NCBI GenBank assembly: GCA_963668025.2
Contig: CAXXTH010000010.1
Coordinates: 896,001-960,000 of the forward strand
Origin: Candidatus Hydrogenedentota bacterium
GTDB lineage: Bacteria; Hydrogenedentota; Hydrogenedentia; Hydrogenedentales; SLHB01
Reading direction: 5' to 3'
DNA: 64,000 bases
The translations under genes were made by a program, and so were the position numbers. Below the pieces are notes generated by a model, which worked only from the letters and a program-made list of their open reading frames with translations, ran no database searches and was not told the origin of the DNA. Position 1 is the stretch's first letter. Each line of letters begins with the position of its first letter. Of the stretch, positions 30,901 through 38,719 are shown one piece after another.

Positions 30901-31134
30901 CCGCGAGCGCCGTTCCGTTTGGCGGCGTACGAGGCGGGCGTCGCGCCTGGCCTTGGCGCGTGATTCATCCTTTCCGCTCTCGATGTCGCCCTCGACGCCT
31001 GCTTCGAAAATGCGGACACCCAGGTCTACAATGCGTTCTGGCCCATCGCGCCCTTCCTCGAGGAGCGCCCAGCCCACGCTATTCGTGCCCAAATCCAAAC
31101 CCAACACGCACTTTTTAGGAGCTTTTTGTCGCAT
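27979..31134 (-). CDS. cas9: type II-C Cas9, 1051 aa
   Basis: RuvC-I GLDLGTNS, Arg-rich bridge helix, RuvC-II IELAR, HNH DIEHIIP, RuvC-III HHAIDA; no csn2 or cas4 in the locus. Confidence 0.98.
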   Translation of the reverse strand: MRQKAPKKCVLGLDLGTNSVGWALLEEGRDGPERIVDLGVRIFEAGVEGDIESGKDESRAKARRDARLVRRQTERRSRRRRKTACLLQRHGLLPKGGLKQDSSRDAIIKSFDADVYLKYAAAVRKKKKDILQTLDQLPYFLRARALDEPLEPFELGRAFYHLSQRRGFLSNRKAPTKDGEEEGQVKQGISELAQEIEQSGARTLGEYFAGLDPHEHRIRKRWTARTMYEQEFEAIWTAQAKHHPKILTAAFKKQLYKSIFRQRPLKSQKGLVGRCELEEGARRAPWASFIAQRFRLLQKVNDLKIVGPAPFFEERGLSPEERTLLIDLLAQTGDAEFTKIRKELGLERGSTFNLERGGEKKLKGDTTTARLRGVFGGRWDALTEDQKEAVLHDVYSIQNEKALASRGVRAWKLSKADAEKLSKTAIEEGYCSLSRKAIERMLPEMEQGVPYATARLHAYPGRDRSIPVGRLPYIDDRDNVNIELRNPAVHRVLSETRKVVNAILDKHGLPGCIRIELARDLKKSRSDRAEIWKKNRQNEQLREKARAKIIKEAVIPQPSREDILRVQLAEECDWTCPYTGKHISMKALVGKDSQFDIEHIIPYSRCLDNSFTNKTLCYHEENRNRKQNKTPQEAYTPDEMDAIVARVKSFKGDRRAVAAKLGRFLTTSLDAFDTFSNRQLNDTRYASTLAAQYLGMLYGGQIDANDTRRIQAGRGQVTSDLRMAWGLNGILGDGGTKTRDDHRHHAIDAVAIALTDAKTVKALSTANSKGYAEGRRNWWKNVPQPWDGFLTELTEAVNGIVVSHRVSRKVNGPMHDETNYGKPYMDDKDKPCCHVRKPLASLSANRIDDIVDPVVRQAVRRKLEELGGDPAKAFKDEQNLPYLTTHDGRKIPIRKARIRVVASAKTIGKGSRERHVLLNANHHAEIIEITDKKGNAKWDDIIVDRYTAMRRLLKHEPIIQHEHGEGKRFVMSLTQGDVLLIKDDDDNEQLVIVRSVSKKDYCFVRLTEARLKKDIVAAGKWVRFQSFSLFQSRFIKKLHLTPLGEMRDSND

Positions 31135-31165
31135 GACGTTTATCCCCCACGGTTTGGCGACGCAC

Positions 31166-31193
31166 TTGACATTAAGAGAAATAGGTGTATACT
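31166..31193 (+). promoter_or_regulatory. tracrRNA promoter
   Basis: TTGACA-16 nt-TATACT immediately upstream of the anti-repeat. Confidence 0.7.
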
Positions 31194-31200
31194 AATAATC

Positions 31201-31308
31201 ACTATACCTGAGCGGAGATTGTCCTACAAATCACAGTAAGGACTTTCAGTCCGTGGGCCCTGCACTACGGTGCAACCTGCACGCCCCCCAGTGGGGCGTC
31301 TTTTTTTT
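31201..31308 (+). ncRNA. tracrRNA
   Basis: Anti-repeat ACTATACCTGAGCGGAGATTGTCCTACAAATCACAGT, AAGGAC..GTCCGT nexus, TGCAC/GTGCA hairpin, ACGCCCC/GGGGCGT hairpin plus T8. Confidence 0.93.
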
Positions 31309-31427
31309 GCTGTGTTATATTTAATTAATGAACCGGCGAGCTGCGGCTTGCGAATGCGCACCGAATACGTTTTAATGCATTGTCTGTTTTTTGTTTTTCG
31401 GGAGCTCAAGTGATAGGGGGAGGCGGC

Positions 31428-32360
31428 ATGCGGAAAAAGAGTGTGATTGCGGAAGGCTGGTGGGATTACACGACGCTGGATGAGGCGTTGCTGGCGGATG
31501 TGGCGCGTCTTTCGGCGCGGGATCTGCTGGAATTGTCGCGCGATGGGTTCCGGGTGGTGTTTTACGACACGCTCGAGGATTTCTATCTCGCGGAAGCGCT
31601 GGAATATATCGAGGCGTGGTCGCAATCGACGCCGGATAATCCGGTGGGGATCTGCGGGCCAATCGGGCCGACGGAGCAATTGCCGCTGGTGGCGCGGCTG
31701 GTGAATGCGCTCGGTCTGAATCTGGCGAAGAAAGGCGCCCATTTCTGGGGGATGGATGAATGGGTCCAGCATGGCGTGCCGGTGCCGCCGGAGCACCCGC
31801 TGTCGTTCAAGAAGGCGGATATGCAGTTATGTTTCAGCCGGATTAATCCGGAATTGGCCATGCCGGACGCAAACATGCATTTCCCGTCGGGCGATTTGGC
31901 GGCGTATAGCGCCACGTATGATACCGTGCGGTGCGCCATCATGCAGGGCGGCCAGGGCGATGTGAAGCATTGGGCTTTTAATGACCCGATAAAGCGTGAG
32001 GGCCGGTATGCGGACGCCCCGCCGTCTCCCGAGGAATACCGTCGATTAGGCACGCGGGTCGTGGACTTGCATCCCATGACCATCATGCAGAACGCGCGCA
32101 CGTCTGGCGGCGGGCGGGTGTCCGAAATACCCACGCAAGCCTCGACGGTGGGGCCGGTGGAAACGTGGAAGGCGGGCCGGGTGTCGATCTGGCAGGCGGG
32201 GATGCATGACAATCCCTTCGGGATGCGCCTGACGGCATACATGATCAGCAAGCATATCGTGGATTCGTCCGTGCCCATGAGCCTGCTGGCGGACCATCCG
32301 AATGTGCAGTTCAACTATTATCGTCCGGCCATAGGCGCTTGTGAAGTCGAGATGCATTGA
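31428..32360 (+). CDS. glucosamine-6-phosphate deaminase/isomerase-like protein
   Basis: GPIGPT, FWGMDEW and [14 protein letters not shown] (NagB-like fold). Confidence 0.75.
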   Translation: MRKKSVIAEGWWDYTTLDEALLADVARLSARDLLELSRDGFRVVFYDTLEDFYLAEALEYIEAWSQSTPDNPVGICGPIGPTEQLPLVARLVNALGLNLAKKGAHFWGMDEWVQHGVPVPPEHPLSFKKADMQLCFSRINPELAMPDANMHFPSGDLAAYSATYDTVRCAIMQGGQGDVKHWAFNDPIKREGRYADAPPSPEEYRRLGTRVVDLHPMTIMQNARTSGGGRVSEIPTQASTVGPVETWKAGRVSIWQAGMHDNPFGMRLTAYMISKHIVDSSVPMSLLADHPNVQFNYYRPAIGACEVEMH

Positions 32361-32390
32361 TGCGTTGAAGCGCGCGCCTATGCGCGAGGG

Positions 32391-32858
32391 CTATTTGCGT
32401 TTTGCCGCACTGCCTTTCGGGGGAAGCCCGTGCCGCAGATGCTCGGGCACTTCGCCTTTGCGGAGGGGTTTTGACTCGTACCGGCGGCGGCGTTGGGTGC
32501 GCATGGGGCGCATGCGGATCATGGCGATGATGAGCCCTGCCGCGAATACGGCTTCGAGATAGAAAAGCCAGGCGGGCTCATATAACGCCCGATCCCAGAA
32601 TTGCAAAAGGGGTGTTTTCCATGGCGTGGGAGCGGTCTTGTTCCAGGATAACTGAGTGGAATCTTTGAACTTTGCAGTAAGAAAGACGATACACCAAAGC
32701 ACGGTGTGGAAGATGGTGAAATAGATCATAATCTCGATAACAGCCTGGATGATGGGCGCGGAATAGGTGCGCGTAAAATACACCAAAGGAACGAGCACCG
32801 CCAGTCCCGCCGCGTAAAAAATCCAGTATTGCGTCAAATGTGCTACGGCAGCGTCCAT
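32391..32858 (-). CDS. hypothetical membrane protein
   Basis: Three hydrophobic segments and a basic C-terminus; AGGAGA RBS. Confidence 0.65.
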   Translation of the reverse strand: MDAAVAHLTQYWIFYAAGLAVLVPLVYFTRTYSAPIIQAVIEIMIYFTIFHTVLWCIVFLTAKFKDSTQLSWNKTAPTPWKTPLLQFWDRALYEPAWLFYLEAVFAAGLIIAMIRMRPMRTQRRRRYESKPLRKGEVPEHLRHGLPPKGSAAKRK

Positions 32859-32940
32859 TTCGCCGAGTCTCCTCTCACCCCCCTGATTTCAAATGCAAGT
32901 GTAGCACAAAGCTAAAAAGGCCGTAAAGCGGCGGCCTGGC

Positions 32941-34365
32941 CTATTTCTTTTTAGGCTTGTATACATGGGTGCCTTGGCCGAAGATCATTTCCGCGGTTTC
33001 CATGACGGTTTCGCTCAGCGTGGGGTGGGGGTGAATCGTGAGCTGGACGTCATCCGCCGTCGCGCCCATTTCGATGGCGAGGGTGCCCTGGCTGATGAGT
33101 TCGCCCGCGCCCGCGCCCACGATGCCGACGCCTAGGATGCGCTTGGTTTCGGGGTCGCTCAGGATTTTGGTCAAGCCATCGGTGCGGTGCAGCGTCGAGG
33201 CCCGGCCCGAGGCAGTCCAGGGGAAGCGGGCAATCTCGACAGCAATGCCTTCTTTTCCGGCTTGGGCTTCCGTGATGCCTGTCCATGCCAGTTCTGGGTC
33301 CGTGAAGACCACGGCGGGGATGGCGCTGGGCTCGAAGGCATCCTTGCCGCCCGCGATGACACTCGCTGCCACACGGCCTTCATGGGTGGCTTTGTGGGCC
33401 AGCATGGGCTCGCCCACCACATCGCCAATGGCGAAAATAGCCGGGTCCGACGTGCGGCGCTGCGGGTCCACTTTAACGAAGCCTCGCTCATCGATGTCGA
33501 CGTTCGTGGAGTGAAGATTCAAGCCGCTCGAGTTGGGCTTACGGCCGATGCTTACCAAGACCTTGTCGAACGTGTTTTTTTGGATGATGCCGTTTTTCCC
33601 CTCGAACTCCACCGCGATGCCTTGTCCCACTTCCTTCATGGAACGCACTTTCGTGGAGAGCAAGATGTTCTCGAATATGCGTTCCATGCGTTTGGCGAGC
33701 ACCTCAACAAGGTCCGTATCCGCACCAGGCAGCAGGCGCGGGGCCATCTCGACTACCGTCACCTTCGAGCCGAGAGCCGCGTAGACCGAACCGAGTTCGA
33801 GCCCGATGTAGCCGCCGCCTACCACAAGCAGCGTGGCCGGGATATCATCCATGTTCAGCGCGTTGGTCGAGTTCATGAGGCGGGGCGACTCGATATACAG
33901 GTTTGGAATGGTCGCAGGGCGCGAGCCGGGGCACAGTATGGCATGCTCGAACGTGAGCAGTTGCTCCGCACCGTCTTCGCTGGTGATTTTGAGCAGGGAC
34001 GAGTCTTCGAAAGCAGCCCGGCCTTGAATGTAGCGTATTTTGCGCGCCCGCGTGAGCTGGCCAAGCCCGCCTGTCATGTGCGCCACCACCTCGTTTTTTG
34101 CGGCGCGCATCTTGTCGAAATCGATCTCGGGCGGCGCGAATGTGATGCCCCAGCTTTTCGCCTCCTTGGCCTCGGTCAGGACGTTCGCGACATGCAGCAA
34201 GGCCTTCGAGGGGATGCAGCCGACATACAGGCACGTTCCTCCTGGATTTTCGCGCACGTCGATGAGCGTGACTTCCAGTCCAAGGTCGGCGGCGTGGAAC
34301 GCGGCGGCGTATCCGCCTGGCCCTGCGCCAATCACGGCAAGCTGGGTTTTCAAGGTTTCAGGCAT
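32941..34365 (-). CDS. lpdA: dihydrolipoamide dehydrogenase
   Basis: GAGPGGY, GGTCLYVGCIPSK and HPHPTLSE. Confidence 0.96.
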   Translation of the reverse strand: MPETLKTQLAVIGAGPGGYAAAFHAADLGLEVTLIDVRENPGGTCLYVGCIPSKALLHVANVLTEAKEAKSWGITFAPPEIDFDKMRAAKNEVVAHMTGGLGQLTRARKIRYIQGRAAFEDSSLLKITSEDGAEQLLTFEHAILCPGSRPATIPNLYIESPRLMNSTNALNMDDIPATLLVVGGGYIGLELGSVYAALGSKVTVVEMAPRLLPGADTDLVEVLAKRMERIFENILLSTKVRSMKEVGQGIAVEFEGKNGIIQKNTFDKVLVSIGRKPNSSGLNLHSTNVDIDERGFVKVDPQRRTSDPAIFAIGDVVGEPMLAHKATHEGRVAASVIAGGKDAFEPSAIPAVVFTDPELAWTGITEAQAGKEGIAVEIARFPWTASGRASTLHRTDGLTKILSDPETKRILGVGIVGAGAGELISQGTLAIEMGATADDVQLTIHPHPTLSETVMETAEMIFGQGTHVYKPKKK

Positions 34366-34425
34366 TGTTCTTGAGACTCCCAAAATCAGCTATGCAAATC
34401 TAATAGTGTATCTTTATTGTTGTGG

Positions 34426-34579
34426 ACCAGAAATATACTAAATATACTAAAATATTAAACCAAATACTTTGTGACTCCGGACACGCCGTTATTAATCGCT
34501 CATCAGTGTCATCAGTGTCATCTGCGCCATCTGTGGACTTCATATTTTTATATAGTTGTAGGGTGGGGCTTGCCCCACC
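34426..34579. repeat. cluster of 9-nt-periodic repeats plus a GTAG REP
   Basis: Periodic repeats at 34426-34451 and 34501-34537; GTAGGGTGGGGCTTGCCCCACC at 34558-34579. Confidence 0.8.
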
Positions 34580-34581
34580 GC

Positions 34582-34896
34582 TTAATCGATGTGAAACACT
34601 TCCCGCAATGGCTGTTCGATAGGGCTGTTGTCGGGATTGGAAGGCATGATAGGTTTCATGTGCGCCCACCATTTTTTACAGATATCGGTTTGTGCGAGGC
34701 TGTTCCAGCGGGCTTCGTCTTCAATTTCGACATATGCGAAAAGCTGGCTGGATTCCTCATCCAGGAAAATCGAGTAGTTGTAAACGCCGTGCGACTTGAG
34801 CGTAGCTTCGAGTTCGGGCCAAATCGGGTTGTGGCGTGTTTCGTATTCCGCGTATTGGTCTGGATTTACGTGCATAATCGCGGCTTTGCGTATCAT
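34582..34896 (-). CDS. rhaM: L-rhamnose mutarotase
   Basis: [24 protein letters not shown] and EVFHID. Confidence 0.93.
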   Translation of the reverse strand: MIRKAAIMHVNPDQYAEYETRHNPIWPELEATLKSHGVYNYSIFLDEESSQLFAYVEIEDEARWNSLAQTDICKKWWAHMKPIMPSNPDNSPIEQPLREVFHID

Positions 34897-34957
34897 GGAT
34901 GGCCTTCCTTTCAAGCGCCTTGCGGCGCGTCTTGTGTCAAACCTCAAAGCCATAATC

Positions 34958-35024
34958 GCCTCAAAATGCACAAAAGACTCAAGAACTAGAATTCATTCTG
35001 GTGTATTCTTGTGCTTTTTGTGGC
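34958..35024. repeat. inverted pair of CACAA-type periodic repeats
   Basis: GCCTCAAAATGCACAAAAGACTCAAGAA facing TTCTGGTGTATTCTTGTGCTTTTTGTGGC. Confidence 0.6.
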
Positions 35025-35050
35025 AACAAATAAACGCTAAGGTTGCTTGC

Positions 35051-36529
35051 CTATGCTTTTACCAGTTCGTCAAATATCTTCAAATACGAATCCATGTCCC
35101 CATAATCCTGGCGCGAAATGGGGCGTGTCTCGATGGAGATTTCCTTGCCGATTTCATCAAGGCTCAGGCCCTCCGCGCACATCCACGCCGTCATGGCCGC
35201 GCCGAAGGAGGTGCCTTCCTTAATGTTGGTTAGTGCGAACGAAAGGTCTGGACAGAGCGTGGCCAAGAGTTCGCAATAGACGATGTTATTGGCGAAACCG
35301 CCTTCAATGAAGACGGTTGTCCCTTTCGGCAAGCTCAGTTTATTCAAGGCTTCGCGCGTGGCGAGGGCGAGGCTGAGGTTGACCGCGCCGTTATATGCCT
35401 GGCCCAATGGCGTCATCGGCGTGCCGCCTTTTTTCTTCAGGTCCGCCACGGTATCCACTTGGCCGCCGTTCACGATGCGGGATATCGCGCCGATGTATGC
35501 GCTCGAGTCCGGCACGACGCCCGGCACTACGAATAGTTCCTCTTTGGCGATGACATCGCGGACGATCCCGGTAGTGGCTTTATCGGGAAGCTCCGTGAAG
35601 CTGCGGAAAGTGTCGTATTCCATCCCTGCGGGGAAAATAGACGTTTTTACAGGCCGTCCAAAAGCGTCAAGGTTGAAGAACACTTTTGCCGCAATCTCGG
35701 TATCTGTTAAGAACGGCTGGTGTGCGGGAGTCATCAACACGCACCAGGTGCCCGATGAATTCAGCAGGAAATTGTCATATCCGAGTGCGATATAGGGGAG
35801 ATAGTTGGCGTTGCTGTCGTGAATGCCGTAGGTGACTTTGCAGTTCTCGGAAAGCCCGCACGCTTGGGCGATCTCCGGCTTCACTACGCCCAGGCATTCC
35901 CAGGAGCGTGCGGCGTTTTTCGGGAAGAGCTGATCGGCCCGCAGGTCGCGGCCTACGCTGCTCCAGTCTTTTCCCGCGAAATTCCATAAATAGGTGTGAT
36001 TTCCTAGATACGTATGTTCGAGGCCCATGTGGCCCGTGAGTTCATATCCGAAGTAGGAGTCATAAAACAGCGCATGCTTGCAGCGCGCCCAGACTTCCGG
36101 CAAGCGGGTTTTCACTAGGTAGAGCATTTTCCCCAGATTGGCAAAACCGACATCCGCCGTGCAGGTGACGCGATGCAACTCTTCGCGTGTTCCATACACA
36201 TCGTAGAATTCATCCTGGACTTCGAGGCCCTTATCCGCCGTGTAGGAAATAACAGGGTGCGCAAGCGCGCCATTTTCATCGAGCAACACGGCGGTGGCGC
36301 CGTGGGTGGTGATGGCGATGGCCTTGATGTCGAAATCGGGGGTTGCTTCTTTTAGCCGTTCTTGAAACCAAGCCAGCAGGGCGGGCGAATCCTCCACATC
36401 AATCCCATTCAAGTCACGGGATTGTGTATTGATGCGGACATCGCGCAGCATGGTAAAGCCACGGCCAAACAGCCGGAATTTCTTGTTTGTCTTGCCTACA
36501 TCCAACACGGCGACTGCTTTCTGCTTCAT
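35051..36529 (-). CDS. FGGY-family carbohydrate kinase (rhamnose-related)
   Basis: LDVGKTNKK, TTHGA, GIHDSNA, SGTW and EGGF; adjacent to rhaM. Confidence 0.85.
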   Translation of the reverse strand: MKQKAVAVLDVGKTNKKFRLFGRGFTMLRDVRINTQSRDLNGIDVEDSPALLAWFQERLKEATPDFDIKAIAITTHGATAVLLDENGALAHPVISYTADKGLEVQDEFYDVYGTREELHRVTCTADVGFANLGKMLYLVKTRLPEVWARCKHALFYDSYFGYELTGHMGLEHTYLGNHTYLWNFAGKDWSSVGRDLRADQLFPKNAARSWECLGVVKPEIAQACGLSENCKVTYGIHDSNANYLPYIALGYDNFLLNSSGTWCVLMTPAHQPFLTDTEIAAKVFFNLDAFGRPVKTSIFPAGMEYDTFRSFTELPDKATTGIVRDVIAKEELFVVPGVVPDSSAYIGAISRIVNGGQVDTVADLKKKGGTPMTPLGQAYNGAVNLSLALATREALNKLSLPKGTTVFIEGGFANNIVYCELLATLCPDLSFALTNIKEGTSFGAAMTAWMCAEGLSLDEIGKEISIETRPISRQDYGDMDSYLKIFDELVKA

Positions 36530-36562
36530 GAATGATTCTCCTCTCCTACTACTCATGAAAAC

Positions 36563-36901
36563 CTATATATTCAAAGGTTGCACTTCTATAAGAACGCCTT
36601 CTTGCCGGGCAATGTCAAGGATGGGGCGGCCTTCTTCAATCTCCCATTCTTTTTGACCGCAGGGTATTGGTTCGATGCGGATGTCAGAAGTACGCGTAGC
36701 GCCCCACAATTGCTGCACGAGTTCCATATCGTATTTCGTATCAAATTCCGGCGCGATAATAAGGACATCAATATCGCTCCATTCATCGGCATCGCCTCTG
36801 GCGTAAGAGCCGAACAGGACCGCTTTGCTTGGATGAATACCATATCCAGGCAAATGGGCTAGATATTCGGAAATGATATCTATAACTGATTTATCAGCCA
36901 T
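36563..36901 (-). CDS. minimal nucleotidyltransferase (MNT antitoxin-like)
   Basis: LFGSYARG...SDIDV motif. Confidence 0.9.
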   Translation of the reverse strand: MADKSVIDIISEYLAHLPGYGIHPSKAVLFGSYARGDADEWSDIDVLIIAPEFDTKYDMELVQQLWGATRTSDIRIEPIPCGQKEWEIEEGRPILDIARQEGVLIEVQPLNI

Positions 36902-37258
36902 TCCATGAACTCTTTTGCTTTATTAAGATCGGTTTGAGCTTTTTCAGAGCTTATCAAAATGGACATTTCGTCAGGATAACGCATATCTATCTGATACGCA
37001 TTGAATCTTGACAAAAAATCCTGTTGCGCTATTGTGCATTTCAACGAGGCCAATTCAATCAACCGGATTAAGTTATGAGTTTTAGGGGGAACACGGTGGA
37101 TAGAGCGAGTCACAAACGCCTTGAGCATTTTTTCTATAGCCAAATGAGCAAAAAAAAAGCGCTTGGCGGAAGCGTTTTTTCTCATAGAGGTCAAACGCCA
37201 CCTCCAATTCTTCTTCGGCGCTTGATCGCCAGTATATAAACTGCTTGTCGATATCCAT
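36880..37258 (-). pseudogene. HEPN-domain protein, frameshifted at a T9 tract
   Basis: MDIDKQFIYW...QALFF continues in another frame as AHLAIEKMLKA...KTHNL...RYP; A9 run on + at 37150-37158. Confidence 0.8.
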
Positions 37259-37277
37259 TTTACAATGAGTCCGGCGC

Positions 37278-38675
37278 TCAGTCCGATTCCAAGAACAGTA
37301 AGAACGGCTGCTCCAGCGCCTGGCACACCCAGCGTAAAAAGCGCGCGCCATCCGCGCCGTCAATCACGCGGTGGTCATAGGATAACGATAAGGGCAGCAT
37401 CATTCGTGGAACAAATTGGCCATCGCGCCACACGGGCTCGGTTTGCCCGCGCGAGACGCCCAGTATGGCCACTTGCGGGCTATATACGATGGGCGTGAAC
37501 GCCGTGCCGCCAATACCGCCCAGGTTGCTGATCGTGAAGGTGCCGCCCTGCATTTCGTCCAGGGTGGTTTTTTTCGTGCGCGCCCGCTCGGCCAGTTCGC
37601 CCAGCTCGGCGGCGATCTGCATAACGCTCTTCGTATCGCAATCGCGAATAACAGGCACCAGCAGCCCCCGGTCGGTGTCCACGGCCACGCCGATGTGGAT
37701 GTAGCGCTTATAAATAATCTCGTTGTTCGCCATATCGATGCTGGCGTTGAACTGTGGGAATTTCTTGAGGGCCGCCGCGATGATTTTCACCAGGATCGCC
37801 GTCATGGTCAATTTGCCGCTCGCAGCCTCGGCGCGCTTGGCGTATTGTTTGCGCAGCGCTTCGATATCCGTCACATCCGCCCGGTCGAATTGCGTCACTT
37901 GGGGCACGGTGGACCAGGCATAGGCCATGTTTTCCGCCGTACGCCGCCGCACGCCGCTCATCTCGCGCCGTTCGATGGCCCCCCAGCGCTCGAAGTCGGG
38001 GAGGGGGGGAGTGGTGGAAGACGCGGCAGGCGCACTGCTGGCCAGGCGGACAGGGGCCGCACCGCCCGCATCGGTGTTGACGCGCCGCGAAAAGGATTTG
38101 ACATCCTCTTCCGAAATACGCCCTCCCGGGCCGCTTCCGGGCACTTGATGGATATTGATGCCGATCTCGCGCGCCAGCCGCCGCACGCTGGGCGCGGCAG
38201 GCGCGGACCCCCGGCCTTGCGCGGACGCTTGCGGTTCGGGTGTTTCCGCCGAAGGAACAGGCGTTGCCGCCGCTTCCGAAGGCGATTCCACTTCCTCGTC
38301 GATTTCTTGAGGGGCCATTTCCAATTGCTGGACAGCGGGCGCTTCTTCTTTGGGCGCTTGCTTGCGGGCGGTTTCGGCCTTTTTCGGAGGCGCGGGCTTC
38401 TTAGTGGTTTCTTGCACCAGCGGCTCCGCTGGCGCATCGGCTGCTTCCAGCACTAAGATCACCGCGCCCACACGCAGATCTTCGCCCGCGCGTGCGCGGA
38501 TCTCGGCTACTTTCCCGGCCACTTCGCATGGCACCTCGACGGATGCCTTATCTGTTTCAATTTCAATAACCGGCTGATCCTTGGCGATCATGTCGCCTAC
38601 CTGGACCATCACATTTGTTACTTTGCCTTTTTCGATATTCTCGCCGAGTTCGGGGAGTTTGAATTCCGTGGCCAT
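37278..38675 (-). CDS. aceF: pyruvate dehydrogenase E2, dihydrolipoamide acetyltransferase
   Basis: Lipoyl ETDKA, E3-binding PSVRRLARE and DHRVIDG. Confidence 0.93.
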   Translation of the reverse strand: MATEFKLPELGENIEKGKVTNVMVQVGDMIAKDQPVIEIETDKASVEVPCEVAGKVAEIRARAGEDLRVGAVILVLEAADAPAEPLVQETTKKPAPPKKAETARKQAPKEEAPAVQQLEMAPQEIDEEVESPSEAAATPVPSAETPEPQASAQGRGSAPAAPSVRRLAREIGINIHQVPGSGPGGRISEEDVKSFSRRVNTDAGGAAPVRLASSAPAASSTTPPLPDFERWGAIERREMSGVRRRTAENMAYAWSTVPQVTQFDRADVTDIEALRKQYAKRAEAASGKLTMTAILVKIIAAALKKFPQFNASIDMANNEIIYKRYIHIGVAVDTDRGLLVPVIRDCDTKSVMQIAAELGELAERARTKKTTLDEMQGGTFTISNLGGIGGTAFTPIVYSPQVAILGVSRGQTEPVWRDGQFVPRMMLPLSLSYDHRVIDGADGARFLRWVCQALEQPFLLFLESD

Positions 38676-38719
38676 GTATGTTTCCTTTGCTTTGTACTGT
38701 CCAGTTTGCAGGGGCGGAG

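Noticed and set aside
31428-32858. Genes next to tracrRNA as CRISPR ancillary or anti-CRISPR genes
   Set aside because: NagB-like enzyme and a membrane protein, separated from tracrRNA by its terminator, with no evidence of linkage
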